From NCBI GenBank assembly GCA_951406725.2, contig OX597820.1:84940001-85004000 (forward strand): 64,000 nucleotides of DNA. Direction: 5' to 3'. This stretch comes from Octopus vulgaris (lineage: Eukaryota). Below the pieces are notes generated by a model. That model saw only the letters and a list, made by a program, of their open reading frames with translations. It made no database searches and had not been told where the DNA came from. A program made the translations under genes and the position numbers. Below are positions 54,191 to 64,000 of the stretch, piece by piece (position 1 is the stretch's first letter; the number at the start of each line of letters is the position of its first letter).

Positions 54191-54400
54191 GAAGAAGAAG
54201 AAGAAGAAGAAGAAGAATGAATTATTTTTACTTTTTACTTTTTATTTTTTTTATTAATAATAATAATAATAATAATAATAACATCGTAAACAACTTAGGG
54301 ATAAGAATCCAGGTTCGAAATTTCCCCAAGACACCTGAAGAGGGATGGAGGGCATATTAGCCGAAAAGTTGTGTAAACAACAATCAAGATGAGGATAAAA
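53724..54400. mobile_element. Palindromic tRNA-head/(AAT)n/hammerhead element, copy 2
   Basis: Centre ccatatgtccACgggcatatgg (54061-54062). Both heads complete (53986-54060 -, 54063-54138 +). Same left end acagttctatatttaaga as copy 1. Confidence 0.9.
54331..54374 (+). ncRNA. Hammerhead motif, slightly decayed
   Basis: ACAC CTGAAGA G GGATG gagggcatat TAGCC GAAA AG TT GTGT. Confidence 0.65.
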
Positions 54401-54763
54401 ATGTGCTCCTGTAGATATTCTGCCACTACCACATACTTACTCGTCTGTTATTTGAACATAACCAATTGACTATGTCACTGTAGGGATTTCTTCATCGTTT
54501 GAATAATTCACCTCTGCAAATATGGGACTTTTGAGCGGTATGTTTTACTCGACTTGAAGAAAACTCTAACTTGGCCTCACCTGGAATGTCATTCGCCGTT
54601 TATCTTGATATGAGATCACCATGTCACGGTCATATGGTTGCAATGCATGTGCCTGATGTCCCCTTATTAGATGGGTAGTCATCATGCATATAAGAGGCTT
54701 CGTATAAATCTCCCCATTGTCACTTTGATGGCATGTACTGCTCTCTCAATCAGTAATAATTAT

Positions 54764-55043
54764 ACCCGATGCACTACAGGGCGTGGCTTTCATGGTTTCT
54801 GAAAATTGGGCGTTTCGTTCATCCTCCTTAAAGACACCTTAATCAGGGATGGGCAACTTGTCCTGAAGAAAATTCTAAATGGACCTCACCTACAAGTTCA
54901 TGCACTGTTAATTTTCATATGAAATCACCATGTCACGCACATATGGTTAAGATGCATGTGCCTGGTGTACACTTATCAGACACGTAGTCATGTTAGGTAT
55001 ATTGGGTTTCGTATATAAGTACACTACTGTCTCTTTGATGGCC

Positions 55044-55052
<9 letters not shown>
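54764..55052 (+). mobile_element. Internally deleted copy of the ~570 bp element
   Basis: Both ends present (cccgatgcactacagggcgtggctttcatgg...ctttgatggcctgcatctctct), ending in (CT)n. Confidence 0.7.
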
Positions 55053-55098
<46 letters not shown>

Positions 55099-55119
55099 CT
55101 CGATAATAATAATAATCAA

Positions 55120-56235
55120 AGGAATATTAACAGAGACTGAAATTGGTGTTAAAGAAAAAGTTAAGAGGTAGGAATAATATGCTGAATGCCAATACATGGA
55201 CCATTGCAACCCTAAATTATAGCGCTAGTGTGATAGGTTGGAAAAGTAATTAAAGAATATGACAGACATGGTAGGAAAATGATGACACTACAAGGGGCTC
55301 TACACTTTAATACTGATTAAGACGAGTTGTATCTATCGCGACAGAGAGGAAGAAGACTTCTCATCGGCTTTGAAATGTGTGTGACATCTGAGGAAAATAA
55401 TCTGGCTTTTTGTGTAAAGAATTGAAAAGAGAGATTGATGGCAGAATTAAGAAATATAAAAGTCCTAAGCAATGCTGAATCAAAGGAAAGAGGAGAATTT
55501 AAATAAGACAGATAGAATGACACCATGAAAGGCTGGTAAAGGTTAAAAAAATGCAGGAAAATGCCTGAAAATTTGACAAAGGTAAGATCTGCGACTAGAC
55601 TAGAAAAAGTGATTTGTTAGTTGAAAGGGAAACTCATAACTTCACAGCCTAAGAACAGAAACTAAGAATGAACAGTATCAAGTACAAAATGTACAAGTCA
55701 GTGACCTCCCTACTTTGTAAATTGTGTAGTGAGAAAGGCAAAATATTAAACCAGATTGGCACTGAATGTAAGACGCATGCAAAAAAAAAAAGAGAGTACA
55801 AGAGAAGGCACGACAATATTGCCAGAGTGTTTTAATGGAAACTCCATCATAAGTATGACATAAGCAAAATGAGGAATGGTATGAGAAACAACGGAAAAGT
55901 TTGCTGAAAACGAATAATGTAAGATGTTGTTAGACATGACCATCCAGCGTGACCATTTTATTGTGGCTTGAAAACGTGACACTGTCGTAGGAAAGAAGAT
56001 GAATAAAGCAATTATTGTGATTATTGTTTCACCGCTGGACCACAATGTGAATGAGAAGGGAAATGAGAAATTTGAGAAGTACCAGGAGTGAAGAAATCAG
56101 AAAACTATGGAAAATTTTCAAAGTGGTTGCCCTGAGAGCTGTTAGGAAAAAGTTGAATGCATCGCTTAAGAAAACAGGAGCTGCCATCAGGACGAGACTG
56201 TTGCCGAAGTGCAGTCAGTTGGGGCTGTCTGTCAT
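55120..56235 (+). mobile_element. R4/Dong-like LINE remnant
   Basis: NTWTIATLNYSASVIGW, SPLCKLCSEK, YKRRHDNIARVF*WKL, IIVSPLDHNVNEKGNEKFEKY. Confidence 0.75.
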
Positions 56236-57727
56236 ACGATAAGAGCGACGAAACAAATCTAGGAGCACACGTTCTGTGCTTTGGCATTGCTGAAATGTGG
56301 AAATATATCGAACTGCTGTTATTATATGTGTGATCTCGATTAGAAAAGGCTTTTTCTGTAACTTGGCTGTAGTGGACGAGATTGTATGCTTGACAAAGCT
56401 GCAAGGATGCGAAAGACTTTCATTTTGTGTACGTACTTCAGCAACGTTTTCAAGTTTTACTTGAATATAAGGGGAAAGTAGCTAGGGATGTACTGTATTT
56501 CAATGACTTTCTTGAAAGTTGGGTGAGAGACGTGGAGATATAAGCCAGTATGTTGAAAATCAGAAATTGGAGAGAACGATCCCCGTTCGTGCTCAGGAAG
56601 GGGATCTACGGTGGGTTTTTACGATTGGCCTCATTGACTTGTCTTTCGTAATGCAGGCAATTTTTACTTAAAATATAAATTGTTATCTTATTCGATTCTA
56701 TGTTAAGATCCCAACATGAGATGTATATAACGTAGTAGTCATCCGCCACCATAATAGCGAAGGCAAATGGGTTTAGGACCGAGAGCTAAAAGAATAGTTA
56801 ATGCATCAGAGAAAACAGAGCGGCATTCCTTAGGAGCTTTAAGATCTGATTTCAATTTTGGCTTTGCCTTTCAAAGATACAGATGGATGAAATGAGAAAT
56901 AGATGGACATTGTTGATGGCATTTAATAACCTCCTCTCCTGAAACATGCCCTGTGGTTAAAACTACGAAAGATTATTGTTATTGTTGTTGTTGTTGTCAT
57001 TGTTGTTGCTGCTGCTGCTGTTGTTGTAGTTGTTGTTTTTGCTGCTGGTGCTACTGCTGCTGATATTGTTCTTGATAAGGCGGCGACCTGTCAGAAATTT
57101 TGGCACGCTGTGAAAACTGCTCTGCGTCACTTAGGCAGTTTTTATGTCCTGAATTTAAATGCTGGTGTGGTCGGCTTCGACTTCCGTACATCGGGATATA
57201 TCAAATAAATACCAATACAGCTCTATCCCTGTCCTAGCATCAAAACTTTAAATTATTGTTGTTGATTTTGCTGCTGTTGATGTTTATATTGTTCTTCTTG
57301 TTATCTGTGTGTGTCTGGGCGTATGTGTGTCTGTGCGTAGGTGCGTGTGTATGTGTGTGTCTGTGCGTGTGTGTGTGTGTGGTGTACGTGTGTGTGTGTG
57401 TGTGTGTGTACAAGTGTATAGAAATCGAACACTGGAATAAATCCTTTCGGATTGAATATTGAAACAGGATAGTATAGAAAAAATATAAGATAAGTATCAT
57501 GTATCATCGCTGGCATTTTGAATAATGTACGTCACATTCTCCATTTCAAGGGACTCGTTCAATAACTCTAGCAAAAATATCCAATCACTCTAAATCCAGT
57601 ATGCAACAAACACATTCATTTCCTTGCAGTACACATGAGCATGCATATATGAGCGTACATACAGACACAGACACACGCACGTGCAGAAACATACACACAT
57701 ATACACGCAATATATGTAGAGAGATAC

Positions 57728-57774
<47 letters not shown>

Positions 57775-59138
57775 ATAATGCATACATATGCATATATACA
57801 TATATAGACATACATAATGCAAAATGATATGGATATATGATATGATGTGGGATGTGTGTCTTTCTGTCTGTGTATGTATATACGTATGTATACACACCTT
57901 TAAATACGTATATATATATATATATATATATACATCGATAGCTATACGCACACATACTCTCACACACACATATATATGCAAATGTATATACAGATATGAC
58001 AGATATATGTATTTATGAATATATGTATGTATGTATGTATGTACGTATGGATGCATGCATAATGTATATTACGTATAATTCTATGCGTTCGTCGCGTGTG
58101 TGTGTACTGAAGCGCCTTTATTAAGTATACGTGTCAGTTTGTGAATCAGTTTATTTCAGTCTTTTATATTATATGTATAACAAACCTTTAAATCTCAACA
58201 TTGTATAAATGAATGAATTTTCTGTCTTTGATGTCTTCTCAAATTCTATAGATTACCGAACAAGAATTGTACGCTTTGTAGAATGTAAATCGATTATTTT
58301 CGTAGATTTTTATTCTGTATTTATTTTATTTAACGTATAGAATGATATCATGCAATTCGCATATATTTGAAAAATATCAAAATAAACGCATATATTCCTT
58401 TGTTAGATGCCTTACATTTTTAATGTAGCTATTTTTATAGTTTTCGTGTTGTTGTTTTCATATTATTGTTGTTGATTTTGCTATTGCAACCCTTGTTTTC
58501 TGCGTTCACTTTTTGTTTTCTTTTTTTAATTTGTCTTATTTATACATTCATTCACTGCAGGACAAAAGTGGAAAGAAATTCGGAATAAATGCGCGTAGAA
58601 GTAAGTGGGTAAGTTTGTAGTCCTTATATATGTATCTATATAAGTATATGTCAATATGTATATATAAACATATATATATATAAATACATAAACGTAGAGA
58701 GAGATGGGTAGATAGATACATATAAATATATAATTCATATATATATATATATATATATGCATGCATAGATGTATATATAGATTATATGAAATACACACAC
58801 GCACACACACACACACACATATATACATATACATATATATACTTATATACTAACGCGTATATGTAAGTGTGTTTCTGCGTGTGGTTACAAACTTTTCAAT
58901 TATAAAGATATATATTTTGCAATCAATCATATTGTTTCTCTCATTCAGGATATATTTCTTGACGGTCTGTATGTAAGTTTATTTGCGCATATATAAACTT
59001 TTGTACATTCATATATAGGTACAAATATAGCTAGGTCGATAGAGAGATATATGGGGAGCTTTCAGTGTCAAACGCTGTCCCGCCCTTTATATCTACATAC
59101 TAGTGTGTAAGTAAATGCATATTTCTGCTCATATTTAT

Positions 59139-59178
<40 letters not shown>

Positions 59179-59200
59179 TATATATGTATATATATGTGTG

Positions 59201-59231
<31 letters not shown>

Positions 59232-59274
59232 GTGTGTATATATAAAAAATATATATATATATAGCTAGGTAGAT

Positions 59275-59324
<50 letters not shown>

Positions 59325-59361
59325 CTAGGTAGATAGCTAGGTAGATATATAGATATATTTG

Positions 59362-59398
<37 letters not shown>

Positions 59399-60914
59399 AT
59401 ATATATATATCTTACTGACCTTATATTTTCAGATTTACAATCTTCATTGAATAAAGGCGACACTTCTTTCTGTATCCGTGTCCTTGTCTCACTTTGCCTT
59501 TCCGATTGCCACTCTTGATCTATGTTGATATAAACACGTCTGTGTGTGTGTGTGTTTGTGTGCATGTATGCTTGGTGTCTGTGTGTGTATGTATATGTAT
59601 AAAAACCCTACTTGAATATTGGGAAGGGAATCAGAATGGCGTGCTGGACCATTTCATTGATAATTTTATGAAACTGAAAAGCGAACTTTCGACGCTATTT
59701 CTCGTCGTCACACATTTATACATACACACACACACACATACACACACACACATACACACACACACACATGCATTTACACATTTGCACATACAGAAACAGT
59801 ATTCGTCTCAAGAAAGCAACTCTTATTAACATAAATGTGTTAAAACACATAAAAATATACCAGTATCAGGCGGTCACCTTCCAGCAACGGCGGTGATACA
59901 GCTGTTGTAATGGAAGCCGCACGCAAACACGAAATCGGCCACCACTGATATATTTCAATAGATTTTTCGCTCTTTCTTACTTTTTGTAAAAGAGTAGCTG
60001 TTTCCTTTTTTGCCTGGATGATTGCCCCATAGTACTCTGCATGCTATAAAAGATTTGATGATTACTGAACTGTCCTAGTATGAAACTTTCAGTGACGCAG
60101 ATATAAATCCGATGTTTAATATATTATACTTTTCGTTCACTGTGTGGAGACCTTTCCCTTTTTCATTTATTTTTGTAATCATATCCTCAGCCGTTCAGTA
60201 ATCTGCCTTTCTCTCCTTGTCTCTCTCCCTATCTCTCTCTCCTGCATGTCAGTGCCCTTCAAATTGCAATAATTGCATTTCGAGCGATCTTCAAAGATCA
60301 TTTTGATTAATGTTGGGGATTGATGCACTGGGAATCATAAGAACCACTTAAACTTAAAGAAGAAAAAATCATTACTGATTAAATATTAAGTTAAGCAAAA
60401 GATATTTTTGATTTTGTTTCTTTGGGAAATATGACGTAGACGCGCGCGCACACTCACACTAAAACATACTCGGACAATCATAAGCATACAAATACATACA
60501 CATACATATATATATCCACACATACATACGTACACACACATATATATATATGTATATACATACGTACATACAGACACACATACGCATATGTATGTATATA
60601 TATATATATATATATATATAAATATAATTTCAACAATTGAGGGTAAAATTAATTAATTATTAATCAATTTCACCAAGTGTTCAGTATGCAAAGGGACCAT
60701 TTAAGGCGAATTCAAATTATTACATTATATAAAAGGGCTTAGTAAAGTAAATTACTTTGCCGCATACTGAACTCATTAGAAATAGCAGCTAAAAAACTTT
60801 TTTAAAGCTATTTCTAATACTTAAAGAAAATCTCTCTCATATATAGTGTTTGCTTAATTCAACTCACAAAAGTTTGGGGGTAAGGACATCAATAAATCAA
60901 ATGCTAAGGTTATT

Positions 60915-60966
60915 TGAGAACGTACGTTTCAAGATTAGTCAAAACAACACTTCTATCTTCAGCTCA
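60915..60966 (-). ncRNA. Type I hammerhead ribozyme motif, unit 1
   Basis: TGAG CTGAAGA T AGAAGT gttgttttg ACT aa TCT T GAAA CGTACG TT CTCA. Canonical core, helix I TGAG/CTCA, palindromic helix III ACGTACGT. Confidence 0.75.
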
Positions 60967-61459
60967 GAAACTCCTTGGTTTGGATTTGGAAACACTGAAA
61001 GTAAGAACATACCCTTTCGAAGATCCGCTCGTAACTAACAGTGCCAACAAACCCAAATAAGCAAGCGAAGAATTTCTGTTCTCCCCTTTCCACCAGCGTG
61101 GGTTAAAATCATCAAACACTATGCTTATTTCGGTAAATCCGAAGAAATTAATTAGAGGGAGATTAATTATAATTTCAACAATTGAGGGTAAAATTAATTA
61201 ATTATTAATCAATTTCACCAAGTGTTCAGTATGCAAAGGGACCATTTAAGGCGAATTCAAATTATTACATTATATAAAAGGGCTTAGTAAAGTAAATTAC
61301 TTTGCCGCATACTGAACTCATTAGAAATAGCAGCTAAAAAACTTTTTTAAAGCTATTTCTAATACTTAAAGAAAATCTCTCTCATAAATAGTGTTTGCTT
61401 AATTCAACTCACAAAAGTTTGGGGGTAAGGACATCAATAAATCAAATGCTAAGGTTACT

Positions 61460-61511
61460 TGAGAACGTACGTTTCAAGATTAGTCAAAACAACACTTCTA
61501 TCTTCAGCTCA
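61460..61511 (-). ncRNA. Type I hammerhead ribozyme motif, unit 2
   Basis: Identical to 60915-60966, 545 bp away. Confidence 0.75.
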
Positions 61512-61965
61512 GAAACTCCTTGGTTTGGATTTGGAAACACTGAAAGTAAGAACATACCCTTTCGAAGATCCGCTCGTAACTAACAGTGCCAACAAACCCA
61601 AATAAGCAAGCGAAGAATTTCTGTTCTCCCCTTTCCACCAGCGTGGGTTAAAATCATCAAACACTATGCTTATTTCGGTAAATCCGAAGAAATTAATTAG
61701 AGGGAGATTAATTATAATTTCAACAATTGAGGGTAAAATTAATTAATTATTAATCAATTTCACCAAGTGTTCAGTATGCAAAGGGACCATTTAAGGCGAA
61801 TTCAAATTATTACATTATATAAGAGGGCTTAGTAAAGTAAATTACTTTGCCGCATACTGAACTCATTAGAAATAGCAGCCAAAAAACTTTTTTAAAGCTA
61901 TTTCAATACTTAAAGTACACACATTTCATATATATATAGTGTTTGCTTAATTCAACTCACAAAAG

Positions 61966-62019
<54 letters not shown>

Positions 62020-62818
62020 CTTGTATTGTTATACTTCTTTCAGTTATTTGACTGCGACTATGCTGAAGCACCGCCTAAGACAGTAAAGACAATACTTAAT
62101 GGAGTATATGTTATGTTCAGAACATTATTATTGAAGAGCTTAGATATTCTGAAGAACCGAATGCTCTCCTATATTGGTTATAATTTCGGTATCTCAGAAG
62201 CACTGAAAGTATACGGTTGATGTCAGGTTGATTAGTGCATAGGTATCAAAACTCAATGATACAAGCTGACGTATAACTAAAATAGAATACATCTGCCTAA
62301 ACGTATAGTTATGCATGAAGTTATCTACAGATAAGTATATGTAATACTGCATACAAACGCGCACATGCTAGAATCATTAAATGACTAATGCAATATACTA
62401 ATATAACATTGGTGGCTGTATTGACACTTGCACGAATACACATACATATAATACGGTGCAAGTAAACTTTAGTTCATACATTCATGCATATTTACGTCTG
62501 AATGCATTAATGCCGCCATATTTTAGAATTTTTAACCAGAACATATAAGAGAGAGAGAGAGAGAGAGAGCTGAGGGTATAGGTGATAGAGAGGGCAAACA
62601 ATAAATAGAGAAGCAGAAAGACGGAGGAAGGGAGGGTTGGGGTTCATATGGATGGATGTTAAATATATATATATATGCATGAGTATGCGTGAGTGTATGT
62701 GTGTATGTATGCATGCATGCATGTATTTATATATGTAGATGCGCGCATATAATGTGTGTGCATATATATATATGTATACACACACATATATATATAAAGA
62801 TTAACACACGCACACACG

Positions 62819-62862
<44 letters not shown>

Positions 62863-64000
62863 ATATGTAAAAATATTTGTGTGTGAAATCATGCTTACAT
62901 GAATATATTCTGTAGCATATGTGTGGCGTGGTTCCTTATATGCATGATATATATATATATAGATATGGATGAATGGATTGTTAATGTGTCGTAGTTTGAG
63001 TTAGAATGTACATCATAGTGTTTGTATGCGCTGACATCTATTAATATTTTAAGTGTAGGCGTTTTCCATTATATAATTATTCGAGTATAAACATACGCGT
63101 GTTTGTGCATCTCTGATATTGCATCGTCTTTAAACAAGAAATTTTGAAAATTCATGTTGAAAATTTCCCATAATCATTGCCCATTTTTGGTTGCATTACA
63201 TCGCCTTGAAATTCACGATCACAATTTTAACAAATACACCAACCCACTCAGGAAAAGCCATTTTCTCAATTTCTTTTTTTCTTTTTTTTTTTTTACTGAT
63301 TTCCCTACTATAGATTTTCTCATATCTACATATATGTTTGTTTTTTTCTTTAGAGCTTTCGTAATACAACAGCGTTTTCCATTACACATACTTGCCCTTC
63401 CACGCGTTAGTATATGCGCATTTACGCGCTATACATTTATATGTGCACATATCGTTTAAGCATACATCTGCGTATAAACAAGCTAGCAGATATATACAAA
63501 TATATAAGTGTTTTTGCGTATATGTGTGTGCTTGCGCATGTGGAAGAAAATAGTGTTATATATGGCCTATTCGTGCTCTTCTTCTTGTATATATGCGCTT
63601 GGGATAAGTAAGTATATGCCTCAATACTCACGCCTGTCTACATGTATCCGTCTCTATAGTTATGTACATACATACATTCCCTTGCGTATATGTACGTATA
63701 ATATCTTGTGTGTGTCTCTAAATTTGCATGTACTGAAATATATATGCCCCCACCCTCTTTTTTTTGAGCATGTATGTTCGTGCGCTATGCAATGATGATG
63801 TATGCATGTTTTTCAAATAATAACATATATATGCATAATTTTGATGTAGATAAATTTCGTATAAATAATGCATTACATTACATAAGTGAATTTTCATATC
63901 TATGCACTTAATTCAACATTTTCACGATACACCACATGCATGGATATTTGGTGGGGAAGTTTTCTTTGAAAACACGTTCCACTGCGCAGGAGAATGGGCA

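Larger units (their letters stand above)
53652..54752 (+). mobile_element. ~570 bp element split by the palindromic HHR element
   Basis: 53652-53722 matches one end of the 43062-43630 element and 54405-54752 matches the rest, ending cactttgatggcatgtactgctctctca. Confidence 0.75.
60623..61967. repeat. 545 bp tandem repeat, ~2.5 units, flanked by (TA)n on both sides
   Basis: Units start at 60623, 61168 and 61713 (tataatttcaacaattgagggt). Units 1 and 2 are nearly identical; the partial third unit is more diverged. Confidence 0.97.

Noticed and set aside
59415-59460. Minus-strand AGATT-gta-AATCT GAAA hairpin
   Set aside because: Core TCAATGA has three mismatches and there is no helix III.
60048-60096. 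TTGATGA TTACT...AGTAT GAAA CTTT hammerhead-like string
   Set aside because: No helix I, U3 not compensated at position 8, helix III not palindromic.
60850-61583. Duplicated 62 aa ORF (MLNSTHK...)
   Set aside because: TTG start, no recognisable motif, duplicated only because of the tandem repeat, and antisense to the HHR.

Overview
AT-rich, microsatellite-dense animal DNA with no recognisable host gene. The repeat style suggests an octopus or other coleoid cephalopod, which is an inference. Almost all ORF-track entries are translated simple repeats. The rest is decayed transposons: RTE, CR1/L2-like and R4/Dong-like LINEs, two Tc1/mariner elements, a hAT transposase, a Gypsy gag-protease, and two tRNA-derived SINE families. 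The main signal is at least 7 unrelated repeat families, mostly beside (TA)n or (AAT)n tracts, that each carry a minimal type I hammerhead ribozyme (HHR) motif. Most have a short palindromic helix III, and core positions 3 and 8 appear to covary (C-G, U-A, G-C). Three architectures stand out. (1) A ~700 bp head-to-head palindrome of tRNA-like Pol III head + (AAT)n + HHR tail, present twice (19651-20385, 53724-54400). (2) A nearly identical 545 bp tandem array with one intact HHR per full unit, retrozyme-like (60623-61967). (3) A near-perfect 410 bp palindrome with mirror HHRs (9436-9845). All folds were read by eye; none were computed or tested. Boundaries of decayed elements are approximate.
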